A stretch of DNA of 63,309 nucleotides, filler included, from Choristocarpus tenellus KU-1152 (taxonomy: Eukaryota; Protista; Phaeophyceae), in the NCBI GenBank assembly GCA_964200185.2. It is 13 parts of 13 records of this genome, joined end to end, with 100 filler letters (N's around TTAATTAATTAA, not from the genome) between each part and the next. Parts side by side here need not be neighbours in the genome. Positions count along the whole stretch, not along the records: positions 44,778 to 48,810 come from CAXNAD020016576.1; positions 48,911 to 53,534 come from CAXNAD020013747.1; positions 53,635 to 57,392 come from CAXNAD020018112.1; positions 57,493 to 60,306 come from CAXNAD020024528.1; positions 60,407 to 63,309 come from CAXNAD020023774.1; 8 more parts are not named here. One strand, given 5' to 3'. The notes under the pieces were generated by a model. The model was not told the DNA's origin and ran no database searches. It saw only the letters and a list, made by a program, of their open reading frames with translations. The translations under genes were made by a program, and so were the position numbers. Below, piece after piece: positions 48,796-60,862 of this stretch (within the stretch, counting starts at the first letter, position 1; each line of letters starts with the position of its first letter).

Positions 48796-51408
48796 ATGCT
48801 TGGTGCCATCNNNNNNNNNNNNNNNNNNNNNNNNNNNNNNNNNNNNNNNNNNNNTTAATTAATTAANNNNNNNNNNNNNNNNNNNNNNNNNNNNNNNNNN
48901 NNNNNNNNNNCAGAGAGTCATAAACGTATTCTTCGAAAATATTAGTCAGTTTGTATACATACACACACCGCAAACAACGGATTCGATAGGAGTAACTGTA
49001 AACACAACATATGATTTAAATAAACCCTAAACCACTAAAGATCGTGTTTAGGGTTTATTTAAACCATAATCATGGTCTTTACAGGTCTCAAATGTTTCAA
49101 ATAAAGAACGTAAGAGCCGCTTCTTTATGCTACATACGGTTTAAATAAACCCTAAGCCACTAAATTAAAACCATAGCCCCGCTCCATCCTCAATTTTTAA
49201 AATCCACTGTTAAAGGGACACCACAATTATTCAGCAAAGGGTCTTTTTACAATTATACAAAACGGCATTCTTTGATCTTTTCGAATATCCTTAAAATGTA
49301 ACCCTGCCTTCCTCCTCTCTGTTGGTTTGCCTCGTTACACGATTATCTTTTCTCAACACATAGGTACAAATCATAATACATATATAATACATACATTATT
49401 ACGTTCTATGGCATTTTGCAGATAGATAGATGTGTCAGGGAAGAAACCAAACCAGTACCACAAGGACCCTCGTAAGAGTAACACTTGTCGTAAATTGAAA
49501 GATACCTTTCCAAGGAGTAGTATTATTTGAACACCAGCTAAAAAACTACAACACATTCCCCCCCAAAAGTTGGTAATTACAATGTTATGTATACACTATT
49601 GAGATGGTGAGCTTTTATCTACAAATCATGTGTACATCGTAACCAACAAAGGTTATGACAACAAACCGATATATATATTTTTATCATTCCTAATTGAATT
49701 GTACTCGGTACATGATTTGTGGTACAAGATTCCTGGGTAAAAATTATTTGTCCATCTTCACTACTTCAGCCTTCACATACAAAATTTAATTATAGTTGTG
49801 CATCAAATTTCTCTACCGATTTGTGAAGCAGAAATGAGTTAAATAATGATTTGTCCGAAGTGTGATTGGTTCGGGTCTTTGTTGTATTGCATCCCTCAAC
49901 TGTGATCCTGACATGTTCACTTACCTACGAGGATGCCCAATACATGTATCTCCTGGATGGGGGAAAAAGAGGTGACCAAAATGTGAACCCAATAAATGAC
50001 CTTGCGAGCTTTGGTCATCATAATACGCTCTACCGAAGCATCTTTTATGTATCAAAAATGATATTTAGAGAATGATGTTTGTTTATAATTAACTACAGTT
50101 GTGCACTCCACAACACATCATTGTGGTAGGAACAAGACGTTTATACTATGCAAGAACAAAAGCAACAAGTGACCTGGGCCGTCGTCCCACACCAATCATT
50201 TCCTCATCCTGCTCCCTCCTCTGCCTCTCACTTTTCCCCTGTGAGTTTGTGATCTACAACCATACGTCGATTAGCACATCACATACATGCATACACAAAC
50301 AGTTGAAGCTGGACCACTCAACGTTTGCAAAAAATATCCTTGCTTCATCATCATCAGTACTAGTAATAACAAAAACAATCTCGACACAAATTAAGGGATA
50401 TTCCCCTCCTTCCTGCCCTATATGCCTCTCAACATAAAAAGGTAACCAAGAAACACAACAATGAACCCCCCCCCCCCCTGAACAGTACCACCTCGAAGTT
50501 GGTTGGCGTTTCTAACCTGGAGTTGTATTTCAGCACATGCAATATCCATGAATCGAGGGAGGATAAAAAACAATCAAGGTTACAGCAACAAGAACGATAA
50601 AATATCGAATCAGAAATTTTCTGGAGTTTTTTTCTCCTTTCCTGTACTACACTAAGACCGGGTGAGAGCTCCTTCTTGCCATAATAGAGTGCAATTTCTA
50701 ATTCAAGTGTACCTCAGGAGGAATATGTGTTGGATTCTTTCTACGGTGTTGTAGTCCTTACATCAGAGCTGTGAGAGCACATCCGACTGGGCTTGGCTGC
50801 AAACCAGTAAACCCTTCTAAAAGCCGCTGATATCTTCTAAAGACATTCTCCATCAGGAGAGGGAAAAACCAACACAATAGAGCATAACATGAAGATGAAA
50901 ACTACACGTAAGAATGTTCATTTTGCCCTGCCCACATAGTCGACTGATATTATGATGATTGGATTGCTCTGGTTGGCCACAGGAAGAAAGCACACCTACA
51001 ACAATGCTGCTACTACTATCTGTCAGCAAAAGATGACAAGCAACTAACACACACAAAAGGCTCTTCTTGTCTATGTTGGATTTCTTCTCCTGGGTCAATG
51101 TGATACCTCCTCAGTTTTTAGTATAAGTGGGCAGCAGCAGCAAGCAGCCTCTCTCTCTCTCACACACACAGACAAACGCACAAGGAAACTGAAGGATTAA
51201 GTGAAACTAGTCCATCAAAAATGAGAGCAAGATCCACCCTGCATCACTGTACAAGCTGCCACACCAAAGCACCTTCCACTCTTCCAGAGCCCTACAAACC
51301 CACTCCTCATCACAAACAACTAGTCCCTCTCCCCAATGGACCCTGTTTATCCCAGGTATCCCACAAAACAACTTCAACCCTCTGGCAATCTCCCCTCCAG
51401 GGACTACT

Positions 51409-53504
51409 TCACGGCTGTGAGTTGGTAGCCCCCGGTCCTCGCTGCACAAGAGTTATGCGGTCACCAAGGGAGAGGGCAATGCCTTGTGTCTTGCTTCTGA
51501 TCCGAACATGCCCGCTAAGCTTGCCATCCGCATCGTTCTTCTTCTCAACGCTTACATTAACAAGTGCGTCCTCCCCAAAGACGCTCACCGCATACAGGTT
51601 AGCAGCCTTCGAAGACAAGACAAGACAAGACAAGACAAGACAGACAAGCCGCAGCAAGTGATCAAACGGTAAACAATTATGGTAGTCAGTTGGTTGACTC
51701 AATGACTCAAGTTGGTCCAGGGCAAATGTGCTGAAAGATCATAATGCCATTCTTGTCTGCAGAGCTGTAACTCTAACAGGCTCTCTTCTTTCCAACCTCA
51801 AAGTTGAAACGATCGGCCCTGCCGTGAGGACTTCCACTTGTCCCAACTTGAAATCTCAAAAAGTAGTAACCCATTGGTGTGAGTGTATACACCTTTTCTC
51901 ACCCCAAAATCAACACTTCACCTTTGACGCTGTTTGCAGAGAGGAGAAAAAACCACACCTAAATGAAACACGTCCATGCAACAGACAGATTGAAACTATT
52001 ACTCAAGCTGAGTTACAACTACCAGCATCTCACTCATGCCGATGCCTCATGCTAACGATACATGGGTCAACACCAAAGACAGCCACAACGCCAACCTCCC
52101 AGGCTCTACATATTCCGACATCTAAAACAAACCCTAACCCTCAGAATCACTGGAAAACACCCCTCGTAAAACCTAAGAGACAGATTCTGTGCGGACTGCC
52201 TGACTGATGTAAAATTTCCGTCTGCCTCCCGGAATCACTCCTACACCATGCCCCCAACCTCACCTATGCTTGTCCAAAAAGGCAACAACAGTGTCGTCGA
52301 TTACATCACTAAATAAAATATGAAAAGAACTTCAAAAACTACAAAAACGTATCACCTATCAGGCAGCAGCGGCAAGAACCACTTCAACACAGCTCACTAC
52401 TCAAAACTTAACCCGCGGGCAGAAATGGGCTATAGTGTCAAGGCTAGGCACCTACCAGGAAGGAGCTTGGCCCATCCAGTGACGACATCGGTGTCAGGCA
52501 GTTGGTGTTGGTCTTAGACACCATATGTGTCAGGAAATCATTGAGGTCCGTGAACGACGTATTCACCGCCACCTGGCATAGGCATAGGGTTAGGGTTATG
52601 GTGGTAAGGACATGGCGGTTGTCATTAACGCAAACAAGCTGAACCTTCCTTGCAAGACACGGTACGCTTCCTTTCACAAACATCACAAAAAAGTATCCAA
52701 CGGTGTAGGTGTACGCTGTGACAGTCTCTTTTCTTTGCCTTTACCTCCACAGGAAACCCCCCCCCCATCAACCATGAATGCTGACCAAGCCATCAACCCC
52801 GGACAGCTGTGTGATGTCGAAGACTAACCCCTCCATCAAACGTCATCTGCCTCCTCAACTCTATCCACTCTATCCTCAAACGTGGTACAAACTATGCAGG
52901 GCCAAAACACCAAAACAATGCACATAACAATCCTCCAATATACCATAACCATGACCAGCACAAAAACCCTGTTTTGACCGTAACCATGACCGTTTCGCCA
53001 GTCAAATGGTTCAAGGATATACCAAGGCACACCCGACCAAGGACAACCTTCAAACAAACACACACACACATACATACAATACACACAATACAATACATAC
53101 ACACATACAATGCAATACATACACCATACACCAATATTGCAAACGGTAGCGTGAACTAACTCTACTCATCATACCCCAAAACACTGCCATCTGAAGTCTA
53201 ACACAAGACCCGCAGCAGAGTCAATCCTGCGCCCATAGCTATGCCCATAGCTGTCCCACCCACTGTGCCACACACCAGTGCACAAAGGTCACACTGGCGT
53301 AACAACACGATTGGGGGTTACCTTGTTCTCCCACTCAAACTCAGCCCACATTGAACGGAAGGCTTCCTCGGTACAGGTAGCCGGACTGATGTAGTCCATG
53401 ATGTCCAAGTGAACATCGTTGAGGTTGATGTACGTTTTTTCTGCAGTAGAGCTATTCTCGTACACAATAGTCCCAAAGATGTGACCAGTTTCTGTGCTGC
53501 TAAC
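51409..53504 (-). CDS. COPB1: Coatomer subunit beta, last three exons (53504-53322, 52572-52456, 51606-51409)
   Basis: [40 protein letters not shown] / [15 protein letters not shown] / [42 protein letters not shown]. Phase-0 canonical introns. Confidence 0.95.
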
Positions 53505-53634
53505 CTGTACACAGAAAGGGGCGGCGGCGGGGGGNNNNNNNNNNNNNNNNNNNNNNNNNNNNNNNNNNNNNNNNNNNNTTAATTAATTAANNNNNNNNNN
53601 NNNNNNNNNNNNNNNNNNNNNNNNNNNNNNNNNN

Positions 53635-53775
53635 GTGTCCATTTAGGCCATAACAAGGAAACGTGCACTTACACTTATCCATCTGACGTATGCAACCAAA
53701 TCACCCAAAAATCGCGACATGAAAAAATTGGCCCCAAATGGACAGCCGCCACCCCCCACCCAGATACTTTGAGCC
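53635..53775 (+). mobile_element. MITE family B, 3' part
   Basis: Ends in cagatactttgagcc; another 3' end lies at 57493-57515. Confidence 0.8.
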
Positions 53776-54274
53776 TAAGGGTTTCAGCTAGAGTCTCTAA
53801 CCCTACACAGAACAACACAGGTGGGTGCAATCTTCCCATCCTCTATGCACAACAGCGCTGTATACATAAAAGGAAGGGCAGTTGAGACACATAAGGATCA
53901 CAGCCGATAGTCAGAGACACCATTCATTGCCTGGGTCCCAGAGGAGGTTTCACAAATGAGAGAGAGTTCCCTCTTCTAAAGGGAGTTGCTAAATATACCA
54001 GGGAGTTGCATGTTGCATGTCAAAGCAAACGGGAGAGAGTTGCATGTTGAGGATGCCGACGAGTGGTGAAAAATTCGTTTGTTTGATATTAAAAGAAGTG
54101 TGCAGGATTGTGTTGAAAAGGTTTTTAAACAACAGAGAAATGAACCCCCCTCAAGTCAATCTTAGTTAGCACTTCATACATAGAAAGAAAAAAAACCCCG
54201 ACTTGAAATGCAAAAAAACAGCCAAAAACTGGGTACCTCTAGTTTACTTTTGCTCAGTATTGTCGCTGAAGTAA

Positions 54275-54298
54275 AGGGTTAGGGTTAGGGTTAGGGTT
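54275..54298 (+). repeat. Interstitial telomere-like (AGGGTT)4
   Basis: Direct reading. Confidence 0.85.
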
Positions 54299-54445
54299 GT
54301 ACATTCCGAGAGACTTTTTGATAGTAGTGCTACATAGCACAAGTCTTGACCTTTCATACACTTCTTCATTACTATCTTTTTCTTAATCTGTGTGGAGTGC
54401 ATCGAGGTCGATGTAAAGCGAGCATTTCAGAGACAGTCCCCTTAC

Positions 54446-56465
54446 CTCCAGAGCCGCTGCAAGAAACATTTTGACTCCATTTCCAAGAATTTTCTCCACT
54501 TCCTGCAGTGAAAATCGGTGGGGAAGGTGGAAGTAAACACAGGTTTTGTGTCCATCCTCAAGCAAGATCTAAGATCCTTCACTGTGTGACAGAAAAAGGG
54601 TCCAATGCAAGAATGTTTCCAGTAATACTATACCCCCTCCCCACCATACGCCTCATCCTACCACTCTGGCAACCCTTCTTGCTTGCCATCTTCAGCCCTC
54701 CAGACATCACCACCACCACCCTCTACTCCCCCCCACTTACCTCCATGCCTTTACGCTCACATCCCCTCTCCGTTGGATAGTTCCCACCCACACCAAAATG
54801 ACACACACACCCTATCCTCAATCCTGATCTTCATTCTCTGACAAGTCTCTTGTGGTTTTGAGCGACTCTTAACTATCTTTTGGCATGAAGAAATCACACA
54901 GACCAACCTGTAGTTCTAGTTACTCTTAACTACCTTTTTGGCATGAAGAAATCACACAGACCAACCTGTAGTTCTAGTTACTCTTAACTACCTTTTTGGC
55001 ATGAAGAAATCACACAGACCAACCTGTAGTTCTAGTTACTCTTAACTACCTTTTTGGTATGAAGAAATCACACAGGCCAACCTGCAGTTCTAGTTACTCT
55101 TAACTACCTTTTTGGCATGAAGAAATCACACAGGCCAACCTGTAGTTCTAGTTACTCTTAACTACCTTTTGGCATGAAGAAATTACACAGGCCAACCTGT
55201 AGTTCTAGTTACTCTTAACTACCTTTTGGCATGAAAGGATCATGCGGGCCGAACTGTAGATTCCCAGGTAAGTGGTGACGTCCTCTCTGGAAGAGATCCA
55301 CTCCTTAAGATCCTCTACAGTAACCTCCTCTGTCTCTGTCGACCTGGAACAACATTGGGAAGTGGTTTGGAGTGAGAGTATCTTGGAGGGTACGAGTTTT
55401 GCCCTGTTTGTCCGTTTGGAGCTTGACTTCTCATGGGTTTTTAACGGCATTTTCTTACTTACAAAATATGTCGGAGTAGGTAAGATGTATACGTTATGGA
55501 AACGTCGTGTCCGGAACAAGGACATTGACACTTCCTAACAAACACAATAGCCAAAATTGCACCAAAATCGCAACATTGGATTTTTTCCCCCCAAACGGAC
55601 GTGACTCTACCCTCTGAGATACTTCGGCTCAGTTGGAACTGGCGGAAGTTGAGGCTAAGAACAGGGGGGATGAAGTCCACGTATCTATTCATCATGAGCC
55701 AAGTTGCACAGAATCTGAACTCAATCAATTTCGTAACTGCCATTTTTCTTGAATCACATGTATAACTTTAAAAATACGTTCGTCAGTTACATTTTTTTAC
55801 CGTCTGGAGAGTGTTGCAGTTTTGTGCTCAAGGATGGATAGATTGCCCCCGGTGGAGTTAACTGGTTGCCCTTTCTCAACTATCGACCCTAACCCTAATA
55901 ATTATCAGTGGCACTTATGACCCTAACCCTATCAAAACATTTCTCCCTTTTCTCTCTCTGGCTCACTTCTTCAAGTCAGCAAAGAAACTTGGCACCAAGT
56001 TGTCCAAAGAGTCCAGAATGTCGTCCGGCAGAGGCAATAACGCCGCTCTGGAAACCCTGTGCTTGTGAGAGGTGTCGTAGAGGTGTCGCACACAAACAGT
56101 AGGATAGCAAATCTATACCACAAGTGGAACAAACAAATGTGGGAAAAACAACTTGCTTCAAAAGCTCTCGCTGTGGAGCCGTAGCAAACACGTAAGCCTG
56201 TGCAATCTGGTTGGTGGGAAAACTTAACCATGGATTTTCATGTTGTGATTAAGAAAACAGTTCAAACACGCGCATGCACATGGACATGCAAGAGCGCGCG
56301 CGGTACATTCTTTTTCTTTATTCTTCTGACCGTGCTCTGTGCAAGCAACCGCTACGCTCGCTGGCTCACTCACCCCCTGACCACGCTCTCAAACATCATC
56401 TCAACCTCCACACTATTGAGATGACAGGAGCAATCAAAGTCGAACAGTGAAAACAGTCTCTCCAA
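54446..56465 (-). CDS. EF-hand protein, internal exons (56465-56374, 56056-55967, 55343-55223, 54502-54446); possible first exon from the ATG at 56992
   Basis: LERLFSLFDFDCSCHLNSVEVEMMF is an EF loop (D-x-D-x-S..L...E). It is followed by phase-consistent exons VSRAALLPLPDD.., STETEEVTVEDLKEWI.. and EVEKILGNGVKMFLAAALE. Confidence 0.7.
54864..55258. repeat. 58-bp minisatellite, ~6.5 copies, overlapping an exon/intron junction
   Basis: Unit ttactcttaactacctttttggcatgaagaaatcacacag(a/g)ccaacctgtagttctag. Confidence 0.95.
55370..55630 (-). mobile_element. MITE family A in an EF-hand gene intron
   Basis: Full reverse copy. Confidence 0.87.
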
Positions 56466-57515
56466 CTAGCAGCGTAAGGAGGAGATCGAGTAGGGGCGGG
56501 GGCGGGGGCGGGGGCAGGAGAGGGGGAGGAGAAGGAACTGTTCTATCAATAGATCCAGAGGTAATCCATAACAATGTCACCCAGAGCTATGGACATCTGT
56601 TGTTGTTTTTTATTGGAACGGTGTATGCGCCTCAAATAAAACAAAAATGACGTATCTACTCATCTGAAATTCGTGATTCTTTTCTCTGAGAACGTGCGTT
56701 AAGGCAGAGGAGAGAGTGCATCGAGTATCCCCACCACAGCACCAAAACGCCCGCCTGCAATATCTATTGGAACTGGCTCTATTGTGTGTGTACATGTCTC
56801 TCTATACCAGCTAACACTTGCGTTGGTGACAAGCCCTTCAGTAGTTCCAATCGAGATGATTGATGTTACTGCATGAGAAACTTCTATTCTAGTAGAGCCT
56901 GCGATCACACTGCTGGTGTTACCGGGGTGGTGTTGTTTGTTAATGGGCAGGCGTTTCTGAGAGCGAGTAAAATTTGACTCAACAAATTTCATTTCCCACG
57001 TACTCTGTTGTTATACGAATCAAGATATGCAAGTGCAGTAGTGTACAAACGAATGCGTGCGAAAACCGCTGTGGGCAAACGCACGTTCACTCAAAAAAAA
57101 TATATATATATATGACTCCTCGATTTTTCGGTTCCAACTAGCTATTCGCCACAATTTTACATTTTTCATTTGAATCGCATCGATTTTTAATCAAATCTAT
57201 GCGGCAGGCAGGCAGGCAGGCAGGCAGGCTTCTCTGCCGTTCCTGATTGGCTAAAGGGTGCTGCCTTGGCCACTTTTCTATCATGTGCATGGGTGATGCA
57301 ACACGTCCACCGGGTTAGGAATAATAAAAAAAAGAGGAAAAATCGGGAACAATACTTCTTGGACTGCCCTACGATGTCTAATTAATTGCCACNNNNNNNN
57401 NNNNNNNNNNNNNNNNNNNNNNNNNNNNNNNNNNNNTTAATTAATTAANNNNNNNNNNNNNNNNNNNNNNNNNNNNNNNNNNNNNNNNNNNNCCCCCTCC
57501 CAGATACTTTGGGTC

Positions 57516-58450
57516 AGGAATGCTGCTTGCGTGATACACGTCAATAAAAACATCCAATGTCATTCATTGGAATATTGCGAAAGGTTTGACGGGTGGCAGG
57601 TGACCTATACACTTCACTCCTTCTGCAAGCGCTTCCAATTTCTGTTTTACATTTCCATACCGACTGCTTACTTCCCACTGAAATGTTGACATGCTCTGCG
57701 GTTGACCATAAATGAATGTTCTCGTGAAGAAATATGGCAGATTTGAGGCACAGGAAGCGGTCCACCACGGACTAAGAGGACCGCCAACTAGTTGGTACAT
57801 CTTGCGCATAAATTCCGTCGGTCAATCCTTGACATTCTTCATTTTTTCCCAGCTACTCCTTGCCCTGGCTAGATTTTGAATTGGCGCCAACAGTTACCCG
57901 AGCTGATTTAGTGTTTTTTACCCTTTGCACATTAAATACTGTAGTAGCTACACACTCCAAACAGTGATCTATGTGGTAGTGGGTTGTGATACGGTGTTCT
58001 TCCTGGAGGATTCCAGCAAGCGACCCATCTTAGTCGTTTATGGCAACCTGTTTTCCTTAAAGGCAGGTTCTGCGTCTTTATATGACCCTTCACCTTCCTT
58101 GCCCTCATCCTCGACGCACTGAAAGGCATAATCAGCAGATGTGTTGACTCTATATTGTGTAGGAAAAAATGGGATTTTAAAAGAGTGGTGCTATGTAACA
58201 CTGGAGTGCACGATGCTGGATCGTTTCCAAATCCTTCACCTACCACGCAAATCGTGGCAATCGCCTTGAGTTACTACACGCATATACAAAGATGAGTACT
58301 AGTATTAACCGATGTAATTTTAACACCTAGATTGTGTCAACTGTCAGATTTTCACACGTATCCAGAGATGTACTGGACTCCGAAGTATTTCCTAAATTCC
58401 CCTAAAAATGAAACTGGGGGCGATTCGTATCGAAGATGGTTTCGCTTCCT
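57516..58450 (-). mobile_element. hAT transposase relic
   Basis: QDVPTSWRSS*SVVDRFLCLKSAI resembles the hAT motif QDVxTRWNSxxxMxxRxLxLKxAI; W..LEALAEGVKCIG lies downstream. In-frame stops present. Confidence 0.55.
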
Positions 58451-59183
58451 GTGTCTATAGAAATAAATCTGCGCCAAAATATTAAAACTCTGACGTTTAA
58501 ATGAGTGTACTAAAGGTCAGAGGATACAACCCTTCACTATAACCAAGTTGTTGCTGCTAGGTTAATTTGGGAATACGCTTAGTCAAAGAAAGGCTACACT
58601 AGTGCATCATCGTTTGTAGCCGTCCTCATTTCCTATAGACAGGGTCACCGGAGCATGATGGACAATGGCAAGTGGGATAGGGTTTAAGGGATATATTTTT
58701 GGGAAAAATCGAGTTGTATGAGAATGCAGCCCGAATTTCAATTGTACAAGGACCAAGTCGTGCTATAACACATTGCTCTGTGAAAGTTTGCATATGGATA
58801 AGCAGTTGCACACATACTCCCTGCTGACAATTTCTCGGGGTATGTCACCAACATTTGGATTACGTTGCCCTTGTAGAGCCTCCAATCATGGAGTAGGTCA
58901 CAGACACGGAGTGTCGTCAGGGTGTAGTGGAAAGGACTGTTGGGACGCTTGGAGGATGATTGAGACCCATTGCCACTTCTGACTTGTAGGGTGGACAACC
59001 CTCAGCGGGAGCCTGTGCTTTCCCTTATCTTGAGCGTGGTAGCTAAAGCCTTGCAGCACCACTATCAACCGTGTTCGGAGTATCTGGGTACACTCATGGC
59101 TTATTTTCAGTGCGAGATATTTTTATGGTGCTTGCTTGGTTGGTTGTGAACCTCTGTTTTCCCCTCTCTCCCCTGAACATTAG

Positions 59184-59431
59184 GAGTCGATATATCTTAG
59201 AGGGTAGAGCCGCGTTCGTTTGGGGGCAAAAACCAATGTTTCGATTTTGATGTAATTTTGGGTATCGTGTTTGTTTGGAAGTGTCAATATCCTTGTTCCG
59301 GACACACCTTTCATAACGTATACGTTGTAAGTACTCCGAAACATTTCGAAGTAGGTAAACTGCCATAAAAACCCCGTGGGAAGCCAAGCCCTAAACGGAC
59401 AAATAGGGCAAAATTCGTACCACTTCCACTC
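59184..59431 (+). mobile_element. MITE family A
   Basis: Flanks TTAG/TTAT; small deletion in the 3' TIR. Confidence 0.85.
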
Positions 59432-59644
59432 TTATCGAGAAGAAAAATGATAAAAATAACCGTTTATTTGGTCGGAAGGTATTCGGTTTCAATTAAACTG
59501 TAACTTTATCAAATCTGATCTGTTCAATCGGTACGATTCACAATACCTTCGGCCATACAAGCAGTGGGATCCTATCACATAGCGTACACAGTGTGTAGAG
59601 GGTTACACACAACAAGTCAGAATAATTTCCCTACTAACATATAC

Positions 59645-60266
59645 TCCGAGTATGTTATTATACCTTCTGACATTTTGGAAATGTGTCAAGGGAAAAACAA
59701 TGAACAGTCAACACAATATCATAAGAACCCCTGTAAAAGTACAGTTTTTTTGTCATAAATGTTAAAGGTATTTTCCATCATCTGTTTACTGTTGTTGGAT
59801 TACCGGCTATACTACTCCACTCCCCTCCTATGCTTCCAACCTGGCCTAGCAGTACACCACAGGGTGAGGAGGTAGGGGAGCATCTCAAGAATCTGACAGG
59901 CCCCTCCTTGCCCATCTCCCTGGTATCTCCACCTTAGAACACATGACGCGTCTTGATAGAGCCAGTTGGCTTGTAACGGACACTATCTGTCGTAGACGGG
60001 ATCTGACAGCTCCTTTTCTTCTGTAGCCTCCCGTCCCTCTCCCCCCTACCGCGCGCATAGCCAACTCATCCAGAAAACTTTCCTGCTTGCTTACCGAGGA
60101 GCCCAAACTTTCCACCGTGGAGGTGTTGAGGTTATAACTACGAGGGTCAAAAGAACCCTCGTAGTGGGTGTGCTTTCGTGCCCCAGCCGCAGCAGCAGCT
60201 ACACCATTGCTGGTGGATGAACGTGGCAGACGAGAGACGGCTTGCACTTCTACAAATGTGACATCT
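59645..60266 (-). mobile_element. CRE-like retrotransposon 3' part (endonuclease end, 3' UTR, tail), with a MITE B end at 60267-60306
   Basis: ARKHTHYEGSFDPRSYNLNTSTVESLG..RWARRGLSDS* is nearly collinear with 13230-13542. Confidence 0.87.
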
Positions 60267-60715
60267 GGCTCAAAATATCTGGGAGGGGGTGGCGGCTGTC
60301 CATTTGNNNNNNNNNNNNNNNNNNNNNNNNNNNNNNNNNNNNNNNNNNNNTTAATTAATTAANNNNNNNNNNNNNNNNNNNNNNNNNNNNNNNNNNNNNN
60401 NNNNNNGTACCTCATGGAAAGCAAGGCAGTGGGTTGATTTGCTCAATTACGAAAAAAAAAAAAAGATACAGGGAACTAGTGCATACCACGGCAATGAAGG
60501 ATGCCCTCTCTAAAATCTCTGTTGTATTGGATGCTGAAGAACCACCTCTTAAAGGGTCATCTCTCCCCCCTATTAGCACACTGCGCCCCTCAGAATTTTA
60601 GCTCCCTTCAACCCGGATGCTCATCATTTCACATGAGAAGTTGTGTGTGCGTTGGTGTGTGTTGGTGTTGGTGTTGGTGTTCCACTTGCATGTGATACCG
60701 TCTTCTTCCCAGCAG

Positions 60716-60862
60716 GACTTTGCGTCAAGCCCTTTTGTCAAGGCCATGCTATACCGGACCAACATTGTGAACAACAGGACCAAGGAGCTGGTGCAGACAC
60801 CACGTCCCGAGCTGATAGCAGACTACAGAGATGTGGTCATGCAGGCTCTGGTATTTGCACAG
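60716..60862 (+). CDS. Isolated internal exon of an unknown gene (possible further exons at ~61540-61770 and ~62913-62956)
   Basis: 147-nt open frame DFASSPFVKAMLYRTNIV...VVMQALVFAQ bounded by cag and gtacac. Confidence 0.5.

Noticed and set aside
54864-55258. CRISPR array (also considered for 17477-17958 and 29400-29560)
   Set aside because: Head-to-tail repeats with no unique spacers, no cas genes, and a eukaryotic context.
2970-60406. Recurrent TTAATTAATTAA palindromes as a biological motif, and any gene-cluster reading across them
   Set aside because: Always centred in identical 100-bp N spacers, so it is an artificial six-frame-stop linker. Adjacent contigs need not be linked, so no cargo or neighbourhood can be assigned to the recombinase beyond 29704-36565.
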